Program-made: the position numbers and the translations under genes
Shown here: positions 39,749 to 51,971 of the stretch, in pieces
How positions within the stretch are numbered: position 1 is the stretch's first letter
Layout of the letters: each line of letters opens with the position of its first letter
Notes under the pieces: model-generated
What the model saw: the letters and a program-made list of their open reading frames with translations, nothing else
The model's database searches: none
Told to the model about the DNA's origin: nothing
From: Thalia democratica
Taxonomy: Eukaryota
Reading direction: 5' to 3'
Length of the DNA stretch: 64,000 nucleotides
NCBI GenBank assembly: GCA_965202585.1
Contig: OZ241830.1
Location: 38,874,001 to 38,938,000 of the forward strand

Positions 39749-40436
39749 ATGACATCAGTCCACTCCAAAGCAAGCTGCCTGTCAACAATGGTGCAGCAAC
39801 AAAGTATAAAACTTCTGACGTGTGCCAATCAATGGTGTCAAAAATGTGCCAACAATGTTAAACACTCCTCTAATGACTCCACGAGCAAAAAGTCTCATAA
39901 ACCAGTTCTTCATTCTAAAAGTCACTTTTTTCGACTCGCAGCTTTTTTGCTCTTCCTTTTCATAGCTCTGTTGTGCTGTGCACCGACTGCTAGTGCGAGG
40001 ACTCCCACCGCTCTCCGCTCCCTGGCAACTGCCAACTCTACCGTGGCAACCGATGTTCATCGAAACCGCTCGTTGCCAACTAGAACCAAGTCTGGGTTAC
40101 GAGCTTCGCCGAAGGAGCGACCCCAAAAAATATTAAGAAAAAGGAGAAAGAAAAATTACCCAAGAAAAAATCAAAAAAGTAGGTCAGTAAAACCCAAGAA
40201 GGCCAACAGGACAAAAAAGGGAAGGGGCAGGAAAAGGAAGAAAAACAAGCGCAAGAACCGTAAGAACAGAAAGAAAAGTAATAAAAGCACTCCGAAAGAG
40301 TCATCAGTTTGGGGAGACGCGTATGTGGATACTAAAATCAGCAGAATTTACAGCAGATCGGGAAATTCTTTTCATCTAGCAGTGCTGCAGAACGGAACAG
40401 TAAAAGGGGAAAAGAGTGACGAAAAATCTGATTACA
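39749..40436 (+). CDS. FGF: FGF paralogue C, exon 1 (N-terminal extension, hydrophobic signal-like segment at aa ~60-83, Lys/Arg-rich region, start of FGF core RIYSRSGNSFHLAVLQNGTVKG)
   Basis: ORF 39749-40441. Donor TAC A|GTTAGT in phase 1 joins exon 2 in frame. RIYSRSG..HLAV..NG.V.G matches FGF beta1-beta3. Confidence 0.92.
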
Positions 40437-42644
40437 GTTAGTTGCATGCATATTTAATTATATTGTTTGTGATTATAACGATTTAAAGTATAAGTTAGGC
40501 TTACATAGACTTTTTATACTAAAGAGTATTTAAGAAGCTTAATTTAACATTACACTGCCAATATAATTTTAAATAGTCCACTTGGCTTATATATTACGAC
40601 TTAATCACACTTCATACTGTTACCTTATTAAAGTTTACAAAATTTTAAAGATATAGTATTTAGAATTTGTAATGAAAAACGTTTAATAGTTATAACTACG
40701 CTTATCGTGTTTCATTTAATGAGATGATAAGTTTGTAAAAGCTTTTATTTAATTTTTGAGAAAAAGTAATAGTTGTGTATACTCGTAAAGTGAATATCAT
40801 TGTTATTTTTAAGTAGCATAATAACTAACTTTTTTGAATACATCTGTAACTTGTACATATATGAGACAATATGTATAAAAATATACAAATTATTTATTTT
40901 TTTAATCATATATTAGTCTAAAACTCAGCAAAATTATATACAATAAATATTCTACTGTTTTAAAAAGCGTATAAACAACGTAATACAATTAAAAAAAACC
41001 TTACGTCTAAGAAAGTCTAAACTGTTGTAGTTTATTTTTAGAGTTGTATTTTATTTTGGAAAACAAATATTGACGCAGCAATAAAGAAAGCAAAGCAAGC
41101 TATTTATACACATTATTTTAGGTTAAATCTTAAACAAAGAAAAGGAAACACCGTTTGTATCATTAAGTACACAATCAAAATGAAACTAGCAGTTTACTTT
41201 CTCACCAAACCACACCAAAAAAGTTGCCTTTTTATAAAAATGATACTGAAACCTACACCAGTCTTATCACTAAGCACCGCTATCTATCAAAGCGAAAACG
41301 AATCAAATTGACATGTCGCTTGTGTGCACAAGCGTCACTTTTGTGAACGATTAACCCTCCATCCCCTTACGGAATGACGACACGTTTCGAGTGTAAATTA
41401 TCTGTCTGCGCGTGTGTTATGCTGAAACAATCAACAAACATTCGATATTGACAAAATCTTAATTGTTCAGGTGAACTTTTGACAATATCGCGCAGGAATA
41501 AGTTAGAACAGTGTTACCTTTTTGACCTACCAAAAAAAACTGTATTTTCAAGGATTAATTACACTATCGTACTAAAGGTAAACATACCAACATTTTTCAC
41601 TTAGTTTACTTCGTTTTTCAATGTTTAAAATTTAGTAATTGATAAAGCCTGAGTTGTGAAATGAAACTATTTTTTTCCACTCATCTAATCTATTTTCCCA
41701 CAAAAATGCAGATGTTGTTAGGCGTCGTTTTGAATGTCAATTTTTATAGACAAAACAAATCCAAATGCAATATGCGTCAGCTAAATTAGGTCATAAAATA
41801 TCTAGCGTTTACTATTTGACTGTTTGTAGGCTTTGAGAATTGTGTTTTCTGCGTTGTTATAAACGTATTTTTAAAAACAAAACAAAGCTTTTTTTCATAT
41901 AACCTAAATGAATCAATCTAAATCATACAACAATAGTTGAAACTAACAGCTAATAAAAAGTTTTGTGGTTTTTTTCAAAATAAAAATTAAAGTTTCAAAC
42001 GAATTGATTAAATAAATAAAAAAATACTTTGTTCTGTGAAAGACTACGGAGCGCAATGTGGTAATTTATTAAGTTAGAATGCTATTATCACTAAAATTTA
42101 AAGTAAGTACAAACTTTTGTGCTTGGTTTTGTAAAAAAAAGCGTCTTTGAAACTACTTATAGTACTTTATCACATAAAAGCCTGTCGTTTAACTTTGTGT
42201 CAATCAAGTTTCACAATGTTGCTTAAGCAATAAAATTTATGAAATTCTAAAGATATGAAAGTAAGGTTTTGTGTTTATAGAAAAGCATTAAAAGATTTGT
42301 AAACACAAACGAAATAAAGTTGTCTTGTAGGACATGCAGTTTTACAGAGATTAATAGCTAACAGTTTTTAATTTAAAATAAAGTTTATAGTTTACAAGTG
42401 TATAGCCATTAAAATGAAAAAAAAACTATATAAAAAATTATATTTTAAAGTTTATCAATTCATTATTAGAAGATATTTAAGTTTTAGTTTTAAGTATAAT
42501 CAAAAAATTTTTATGTTTAAAAATGTAATTTTTTAATGCTGCTATCATACCTTTATGAAAATCTATATGTTAAAAAAATTTTGCGACTTCCATTTTTAAG
42601 TTTTTACATTTTTATAGAACTTTAAAAAAAACATACTGTTTTAG

Positions 42645-42751
42645 CACTGATTGAAGTTAAGAGTATAGACGACAATGGAATTGTCACTTTACGAGGATGG
42701 CACGCCAAGTTGTATGTATGTGTGGGAGAAAAAGGAAAAGTTAAAGCTCAG
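42645..42751 (+). CDS. FGF: FGF paralogue C, exon 2 (107 nt; (T)LIEVKSIDDNGIVTLRGWHAKLYVCVGEKGKVKAQ)
   Basis: Bounded by ttttAG| and CAG|GTAAAA. Phase 1/0 is the canonical FGF core intron pattern. The 107-nt length and YxC..CxF cysteines recall the FGF8/17/18 group (from recalled knowledge; needs a phylogeny). Confidence 0.95.
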
Positions 42752-45700
42752 GTAAAAATAAAACATTTTTCTGTCATATTTGAACTAAAAAAAATATATA
42801 TATATAATGTAAAACAAAAATAAAGTTTAAGTATGTTGGGTTTTATCTGTTCTTATATAAATGGTTTTAACTTTAAACGTTAACATAAAAGTGTTTAAAG
42901 TCAACCTTATTTTGTTTAGTATTAGAACAACTACTTACACTTTTTTCTTAAAACTCACAAATTCCAGCAACCACTTACGTCACGTGTAAATTTGATTACG
43001 CGCAACGCACGTATGTCACGTCACAAGGGGCCAAGTTCAAATCTGCTTGATATTTTTCTGTACCTCTCAATGAAATTATTTCTAAAAGTAAACACATTTG
43101 AAACTCTTTAATTAAACACGCTTTTTGATTTATAATATATCACGGCTCCTTTAATATTGTTAAAAAACAACTAATACACAATCAATATACCGTCGCAGCT
43201 TTTTATTGGTAAGAAGTGTTAAAAAACATAGTATATTGTATGTTGTGTGTATAATAAAAAAAACGTTTTACCAGCTATTTGTTTATTCTACAACTTAACT
43301 TCAATAACAATAAGTCTTTACGTTAGTTAGATGAAATCATATTTTGATCTTTTTCGATGCGTTTGGGAGAACAGCTTTTACAAATCATGTAGTTATTTCT
43401 GATTAATCCTTTTGAATAAAATTCGTTTAATATATAGGTAATCTTGTTGTTATACAAATTATTAACTGACTTATCAAATATGATATGTTTAAATGGAAAA
43501 TAAACATTGACTAGGAATTTTTATTCGCTGTTTACCTTATAATCGTCAACAAGAGTTAAGATTTTTTCCAGTTTTTTTTAGAGATTTATATTCTCTATAC
43601 AAATCTGCAATTGCACATAAAACCTATAGAGAAGTTATTAAATAGTATTAAAAATAATTTTATTTAATTTAGCTTGAAGTTCATGTAAGTTACTCTGCTG
43701 GCAAAATTTGCAATCAACTTTAAAAACTTCCTATTACATAATACATATTTTTTTGGCTTTGAAAGTCATATGATGTTTGAAATTTTTAAGTATATTTCAA
43801 AACCTTAACATAAACTTATGTTTGTAGTATACAAAAAAGTAAATTGTTGCCAAAAAAAATTATAAATAAATTAAAATACATTTTTTGTTGTAAAAATAAA
43901 AAGGAATATTTTTTGCTAGTTTTTTTCAAACTCAAGTTATTATAAAAACAGTTTATCCTTATTATTTAAAACAAAAACAATTTTTAAGCACACGAGAAAA
44001 CGTAATAATTTTATTCATGACGTCACGACAGCCTGACAAGTCATTAAACTCGAAAAGTCAACAACTGGCTCAAATTCTTCAAACTGCGTTTTTCCAACTC
44101 CGATGGGCCCTAACAGCGGCCCCTCAGGGAGACTCGCAACTGTTGCCATAAGAACGGGACGCATTTTCTCAAGGTCAAGCGAGTTTAGGAGCTTAAATGT
44201 GTTTGACAGCCCACTTTCTCTTATTCGGTAAATAAACGTCCGTCCCTTGTTAAATTTTTCACTTTCTTTTTGTCGTTGGCTAGAGGGGAAATTATCAAGA
44301 AAATGTTTACTCGTGTTTGTGATGCTCGTTTGTTTACACTTGCAGAAAAAACCATGTGTTTATTTGACAGGCCATCAAAAGATAAAACGAAATTGGGCAG
44401 TATAAAATCGATAATGTTATGGCAAATAACAACATGCGGTCACTATTTTTTCTTTCACTTGCATTTAACTTTCTACCAATTGTTAGATTATGTCTTTTAT
44501 CTTATACTTCTAAAGCTGTTTTTGAATAACTTTTTACAATTTTTTTCTAATCCTTATTCGGCTTAACTGATTTTAATTTTCTGAGTTAAATAACATCCGT
44601 CACTGTTGTGGCAACTTCTGTTGTTTTGTTGTTTGTATACGACAAAAAGCAGACAAAACGTCATCATATTCTGCTTAAAAAATAAACAAAGGTCAGAATA
44701 GTGAAAAGCTTATATCGACAAACCGCAATAAATTTACCTCTGTCAAACTTTTAATTCACAAAAACAGAAATTAAAAAAAACTTTTTAGCACTGAAAAAAT
44801 GTCATTAAGCTGAAGTGTGTTTATTTTAATCGTGTTAGCACAAAACAAGGTCAAGAGTGTTTTGATTAAATTTATAAAGGTTTTTACATTTGGGCACCTA
44901 TCAATTAAGTTTTAATATAAAAATAAAGAAAAAATAGGAATTTGACACAGCAAAAAAATATTTTTAAAGTATTTAATCAAAGTGTTACTAAACTATAAAA
45001 AAAAGTAAAGCTGTTTTTTTAAGTTCTAAGAACAAAAACTAACTCGAATAATAAAGTTGTTCAGAAATATTTATTTTTGAGTTAACCTTTGAATTGTAAA
45101 AAGAATCATTAAATAAATTATTTAAAAAGTAAAATAAAAACCAAATACAAAACAAAAACTGTTGTGGAAATTTTATAAACTGATACAAAACTTTTTACTA
45201 CAGCCAAATTAAGCACATATTAATTTTATGAGCTGTTTTAAAGCGCCTTTTGGGAAAATATACCGTGTGAATATAGCTATAAAGAGAAGCCAAATTACAT
45301 TAGTACGTTTTACTTTTATTTACAGGCAATCCATAAGCTGAAGTAAAGTTCACATAATTTGTATTTGAAATAACTAACTGTCTATAAAAATTAAAACGTT
45401 AAGACAAAGGATTTTAAATGATAAACTAGTCTTTAAGTTTGTACTAAAACTTTTAAATTTAGCTGTCTAGTTAAAAGAACTTGCAATTCATAACTAGTTA
45501 CATACCTAACATAGATAATAGTCATTACATTTAAATATCGAAAGATACTTTTAATTAAGAGCTACCAGTGTAATAGAAAAATAAATAAATATAATTTAAC
45601 TTTTATACTTATATACTGTACTTTATAATTTTATTTCTATTTTAGAAATAGCCTTTTAAGAACATAATTTTTGCTTAAAATATAACTAATTTTGGTACAA

Positions 45701-46232
45701 TAACGAAATTAAAGTTGTGAAAACAAATGGTTATTCACAGTACTACATATTTTTTTAATGCTTAAATCTGTTTATCCTGCTTTAATTATCAGTAATTACA
45801 GAGGTAAATATGCTTTTTAAAATACTCGTAACTATTTAGTTTTTTAATGTACTTTTAGTTTTATTTGTAGTTTGCTTATGATACTAAAGTTCTACATTGA
45901 AGAACACCTTTCTTCATCCAAAAATTTTTAGTTCTTTTTTATGTTACTTATTTAGTTATAGCAATAAGCTAAGTTTTATATTTGAAAATAAAAACCTATA
46001 AATATAATAAATTTATCTTTTTTTACTACATTATAACAGTTGGATAGTTTTGTAATAACTTGATAATTATTTTAAAATACTTAACAAAATAGTCTCGGTA
46101 AAAGCAAAAACGCTTTAAGCTGCACTTCAAAGAGCGCGGTTTTCTTTTAAAAGTTAACAAATATATTTATTTAAACTTGTCTTTGAATATGAACAATATT
46201 TTGTTTTTAAACTTATATTTAAACGTGTACAG

Positions 46233-46432
46233 GAGAAATATATCAAGGCAAAGTGCACTTTTCAATCAACAGTAAGAGAAAATTCACAAACTACCTACAA
46301 AGCACTAGCAAAATGCGGTAAGCGAAGATGCAGGGGATATTTAAACCTGAACAGACAGGGTCAAGTCAGGAATGTGACGAGGCACAGAAGTTATCTCGAC
46401 CATTTGACTCATTTTCTCGATAGAACACCCAG
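46233..46432 (+). CDS. FGF: FGF paralogue C, exon 3 (EKYIKAKCTFQSTVRENSQTTYKALAKCGKRRCRGYLNLNRQGQVRNVTRHRSYLDHLTHFLDRTP); reads on to TAA at 46448 if intron 3 is not spliced
   Basis: Acceptor gtacAG| in frame with exon 2. FGF core C-terminal motifs present. Donor CCCAG|GTTTGA is at the same position as in copy A. Confidence 0.94.
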
Positions 46433-46602
46433 GTTTGAACTGTTCTAACACTCTTTCATTGTGATATAATATTTTTTTTAATTTTTCTGTTAACTGTTTT
46501 TTTCATGATTATAATAAGTTAGCTATCAATTTAATCCTAAATTAAAAATATTAAGGGTTAAACTTTAGTAACAAATATATCTAACTTAAACAAACTAAAA
46601 AG

Positions 46603-46720
46603 GATACGAAAGAGACGACACACGCAAAGGCATAACTTCTCACTGGTTGGAGTCTCAACGCAGGACGTCAAATCTGCAATCAGAGAACACAGAGCTCTCC
46701 TCTTCTCCCTGCAATCCTGA
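46603..46720 (+). CDS. FGF: FGF paralogue C, inferred terminal exon 4 (RIRKRRHTQRHNFSLVGVSTQDVKSAIREHRALLFSLQS*)
   Basis: The phase-2 join CCCAG|...actaaaaAG|G is in frame, with a ctaac branch-point-like motif upstream. Total CDS is 688+107+200+118 = 1113 nt = 370 aa plus stop. Matches 7399-7540. Confidence 0.82.
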
Positions 46721-48854
46721 TATTTCTCAACATAATTTATACTTTCTTTTAGTTCAAGCTGGCTTTAACTTATTACTAGCTTAAAGTTCGTGCTAACAAG
46801 TTCTCAGGAAAAAAAAAAACTAGATGTAAACTTTGTTTAATAGAAATTAGAACATCCTAAAATTCTTCAAAATGGGTTTTACTGATTTTCAACTTTGGGT
46901 ATAAAATCTAATTTAAATTTTACTTTTTTTCAAAGTGTTACTGAAAACAGAAAACAAATCTTTTTAATTTAAAATTAATTTTTGCTTAGACTTATTTAAA
47001 AATGTAATAAAATATCATCAGTAAACACAATTTTTCATTTTTAACTTTATTTTCTAGTTTAAGGGTGCTGGGTTCACCATTTATTTGATAGTATTTATAG
47101 TTTTTACATTTCTTATAAAAATCAGATGTTGCTTTTCTTTAACTTTAAATTTTTACGACGATTGTGAAGCATTTTTAGCTTTTACATACAAGATTATGAA
47201 TAACTACTTTTTCTGTTGTTTAAAATCTTTTAAAAATGGAAATGAAAACACTTTGGTTTGTTAGGTCAAAATCTATTTTAGTTTTTAATTAGTGGTAGAC
47301 TTTTTTATCATCATATGCTTACTAACATATATATAAATAACCGTTTTTGACACTGCAGTGAAATATCAACTTAAAAGTTGTGTTTTTGGCACAAAAATAC
47401 AAATTTATTTCATTTTTTCTATTTTTATTTATGTGAAATAGGTACAACATATTAGCTAATTTTAAAACTGTTCATACCTTATGGATTTCTATATTTAATT
47501 TGCCAAGTTATATATTCATTTTGGTTTTTAATCATCGTGCTATAAAATACTAATTAAAAGTGTTTTAATATTTGAAGCTTGTTTGAAAACTTATTGAAAA
47601 TATTTCATCATCGTTTTAGTGGTCAATCATAAGAACACAATATTTATCTTAATAAACGTTTTTCACACATTTGCTTACTACCATAAAAATTAACACTTTT
47701 TGTATCATAAAAATGAAGTTTCGAAGTTATAATAAGAAATATAGAGTTTAGAAATGAGATTTGTATCAAGATAATAACTTGACTTATAATTTGTTTTTGT
47801 AAAACATTTTTTATTCACAAACAAATGAAGAACTATAGTTAAGCGAAGATCCTAGATGTTTTATAATCGACTATAATTATTTATTTATTTAAGCATGTAG
47901 GTTATGAAGTAAACTATTATATCACTTAATATTTATTTTAAAGTTGTTACATAGCTTCAGTATTTTATTATTTATAAGTATACTCTATAATAGTTATATC
48001 CTATTCAAAGTAAAACTATATATATATATATATATCTAACAAATCATTTATTGTTGCATTTATTTTAAGAAAAGTTTTTACAAATATATTTTTTTAGTTA
48101 TAACTTATGAATAATGTGTAAAACTATATTCTGTTTATAATCTATATTTATTAGTTTAAAATAAAAAGATAAAACTTGAAATCTACATGGCGAGACAGTT
48201 TAAAGATTCATTAAAATACTTACTAAACTACTTATCGACTATTTCTAAAGAATGTACTAAGTGACTAGTTCCAAAAGAAAACTTTTTTTTTTAATATTTA
48301 TGAAATGGATATTGAGTATAAATTCATAATAACTTACAAAATGTTAATTTACCTAAGATAACAGTAGCATATCTCAGTATAAAATGAATAAACAAAAGAT
48401 AAATATACCGACTAGTATTGTTGAAAACTAAATGAATAACACCAAGGTGTGTGTATCGTGACGTTTGAACAAAAACTTAAAATTGTATTTACAATTACAA
48501 CTTTTTTAAGATATATAACAAAATACATTTCATTTTCTTTAAATTTATTTTAGAACTTTCGTAGTAAGGCTCAAAAGAAATAGTTTCTTACTGAATCGGA
48601 ATGAATACAAATTGAAATAAAATCATACTGAAGTTTAATGTTTTAAAATATAAAATGACGTAACAATCAAATGTTAAAAATTAAATAAGTGTTTATGCTA
48701 AATAAATTTAGTAAACTAATAAAACTCGTTAGAATTAAAAACAATCTAAATAAACAAGCGATAAAAATTAAAATTATACTTCAAATAAAATTTAAAATTT
48801 AACAAGAAACTAATTACTTTAAAACTACTAATATAACGATTTAAAAAGTCTGGT

Positions 48855-49457
48855 TTAGTAAACGAACTTTTTCTGCTTGCATATACTGGGCCTTAAAGAT
48901 TGAATACATAAGGCTTCCAGAATATGCAGTTGAAAAGAGTTCTCCGCTCTCACTAAGACTGAAAAACTGTCCTTTTTATAATTTTTAACACACTCAGGAT
49001 TGTCCAACAAATGTTGCCCAATCGCCGAGAAGTATTTTTTCGTTGGTTTCTCAGAACGGCAATCAAACCACTTTTTCAAGACTTTCGGAACATGTTGATC
49101 GATTCTTACATGATACCTTTGAGATGCTTTTCCCACGTAGTCACTACCACAGTGACAACTAAATTTATAGATGATGTTACTTTTTTCATGGGTTGGAGAA
49201 ACATCTTTGTAAATTCCACTTAGAGGACGATCAGTATACAATACTGTTCTTAAACGAACAGAGCTTAAAACTTGGTTTATTTCATCTGAAATTTTCTTTG
49301 AAAACCTCTCAGAAATAATTCCAAGGTAAGGAAGTTTTAAGTATACTGAACACTTCTGAGGGCCAATCATTTTTAAAGCTGTTGAACTTCTAGCTCTTGT
49401 TATAACTTTCGAAACTAAGTTACCTGGATAACCAAGGGAAAGGAAAGTAAACCTTAA
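48855..49457 (-). mobile_element. 5'-truncated Penelope-like retroelement: post-RT linker plus GIY-YIG endonuclease
   Basis: The frame extends upstream of the listed ORF as LRFTFLSLGYPGNLVSKVI (GYP motif). It continues with YLKLPYLG, NIIYKFSCHCGSDYVG (GIY-YIG with CxC), RIDQH, SAIGQHL and LEALCI...P.ICKQ, all typical of PLE endonuclease domains. No RT core remains. Confidence 0.92.
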
Positions 49458-51039
49458 TCAAAGTTTAAAGGTATTTTAGTTTTTTACTTGTAGAAATACT
49501 GAAAAAGTGTAACAAACATAAGAACAAATACCTGTCTTCAGTATATAATTTGTGCTATCGAAAAGTAACAAAAAGTATTAATTAAATAAAATGATTACTA
49601 TTTATACAAACAAAATAAGCTGATTAATTTATACAATAGTTTAAAAAAGAACTTTAGAAAAAAGTAGGAGATTAAAACTAATCAAAATACTAAAACAAAA
49701 GTTTTGAGATTATAACACTAAGTTATATTACTAATAAACAAGTACATTATACACAATGTTTTCGCTATATTTTATTTATATTTCTATTTAACTAATGATA
49801 CTTATAAAATTCAAATAAATTTATAACAAATTCTAACGAGCTGAATCATAATATTGTTTTCTCTGTATAGTATTTAAGTAACTTCTAATTTTTTGATTAA
49901 CACTAACTTTAAATAAGTTGGCTTATAAGATACTTTAAATAAGTAAAAACATCATTAAAGTAATGTCTAAGAAACTATTTTTGTGTATTTGTACCTAAAG
50001 TATTTTTCTCTTTCGGTTTACTTCAAAACAATGATTGATTTTAAATTTAAAAAAAAATATTTTAGTTTAAATCCTAACTTTATTATGATTACCAAAGTTC
50101 TAAAACGCTACATTCACTTTACCAGACAATTACGCGAATTTAAACCACACAACTTTCTTTATTTCTTCTTACTCGCACATTTTAAATCCGTTGATTAAAT
50201 TTAGGTCAATTTTTGTCATCTATCTTTTGTATATCTATTCAAAAAAATATAATTTTTTTAAAGTTGAACATCTCGAATTAGTTTGTTTTGTTGTTGGATA
50301 TTAGTTAGCATAAAACAAAAAAGATTAAGAGATTCATTAAAACTTAATTTAAGTACTAATGTGACCTTTTTTTTTTTTTGATTGATATACATTTTTTTTA
50401 TGATTAAACATTTTTTAAGTAAGTAAATGTACCACAAAAAAGGTTGTTCTAATTAATATTTACAAACAAACGGTTGATGAATAGGTGAGTTAACAATCGC
50501 TCATTTAAAAGTTATATATATTTTAGTTATATTTTAGACGTACATTTTATTTTTACTTAACGTTTACACAAACCAAACACTTTGTATAAAACTCACTTCT
50601 TATAAAAAGGTTCTTTTTCCGACCCCAGCATTACGCCAAAAAGTTTTTTGAGTTTTTTAAACTGCTGTTTAGTTTGTTTTGTTACATCAAAAATGATGGC
50701 AACATTTTAAAATAAAAAGAACTCAAAAGGTTCGTTGAAACTTATTTCTACTTGTAATTTTTGTAACAAAATATGATTAAAATGGCTTTAACCTTAGGAA
50801 ACATATAAGTCATTTAACAGTTTATTTTCTCACTTAATCACATCAAAATATCGTTTTTTCACCAACTGAACAGATATTGACACTCTTTATCAGTAAGCTC
50901 CTCCAACCAAAATAATATTTTAGTGTAAATTGCTTTTTTTAGTTTTTCAAACACGAGCCTGTTATGTAACAGTTCAAAAGTAAACCGTACCTTGGGTAAC
51001 AAAAGAAGCGCAAACTTTTTTCAAATAATCAATTAATGG

Positions 51040-51125
51040 ACCTGTTTAGTTTACTTAAGTGTCAGTTTTTTGATAAGAGAAAACAGACCGAGATTCTGGT
51101 TCTCATGCGAAGAGTGTTTGAAGAG
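51040..51125 (+). repeat. Duplicated non-coding block V, copy 3 (partial)
   Basis: GGACC..AGTGTCA.TTTTT.GATAA..TTCTCATGCG..GTGTTTG aligns with 22574-22660. Confidence 0.7.
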
Positions 51126-51971
51126 AAATAAGTCGAAGTTTGTTTAATTAGCTCGATGGCATCCCTGAACAAAAGCTTCCTATCAATTGCCATTTTTAAA
51201 TATTTTCCATAAGTTTTGTTTTCCATAAGTTTTCATCTTTAGTTGGTTGTTTTATTTTAACTTTGCAAACCTGTCAAACTTTAAAAAAAAAAATTTAAAT
51301 CAGCGTTTACAACTTCTTACAACTACTATATATACAGAAACGAAAATAATTAATTGAAAATTTATAAACTTTTTTAGATCTAGGTTTAACCAATATCAAT
51401 TTTTTAAAGCAATTGGCAGTAAAAAAGGGTCAAAAATAATCTCAACTTTTGCCTGCTTAAATTAGTTAACAAACACAATTCGTATACAACTACAGCTCAA
51501 CCTAAATGATAAAAACTTCTAGTACTAACTATTGGTTAAATATATTCCTGCTAAGTTAAGAAAATATATTTTTTTGGAAAAATATAGTAATTGAATTTCA
51601 TTAACTTGTTCAAATTGTGCAACAACGTTAAAAATTACAACCTATAACCTCGATAAACACAGTTTTATGACGTAACAATCGACCTGCTGCGTTTATCGGC
51701 TGCTGACTATGAAAGGCACCTGTTCGCGACTTAAAATATTTTCATCATTCGATCATCAGTTTAATTATAATTTTATAGGAGCGCCGCTTTTCCCAGATTT
51801 TCGGCTATGATCGTAACAAAGTTTTTTTACAAGTTTTGCATGCAAAAGTGTGTATTTAGCCAGCTATTTAGTAGTAATCCAGCGCAGATTTTCGTAAAAT
51901 CTCAAGGCTAAATACAGAAGCACTTGAACTTAAGGAAAGGGCGTTTTTAAACTCAACGCACAGAAATAGCC

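Noticed and set aside
39782-40304. Two minus-strand ORFs (92 and 74 aa)
   Set aside because: Antisense shadows of FGF exon 1 with no independent motif.
41317-41334. Inverted repeat CGCTTGTG-TG-CACAAGCG in intron 1
   Set aside because: Only 8-bp arms, single occurrence and no supporting context.
47651-47656. AATAAA as the FGF polyadenylation signal (also 7751)
   Set aside because: The hexamer is too frequent in this composition to assign without transcript data.
48017-48035. (TA)n microsatellite and short tandem duplications (22320-22343, 59801-59830)
   Set aside because: Ordinary slippage products in AT-rich DNA; not spacer-repeat arrays.
49011-49223. 70-aa plus-strand ORF (and 60912-61154)
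   Set aside because: Antisense to transposon coding sequence.
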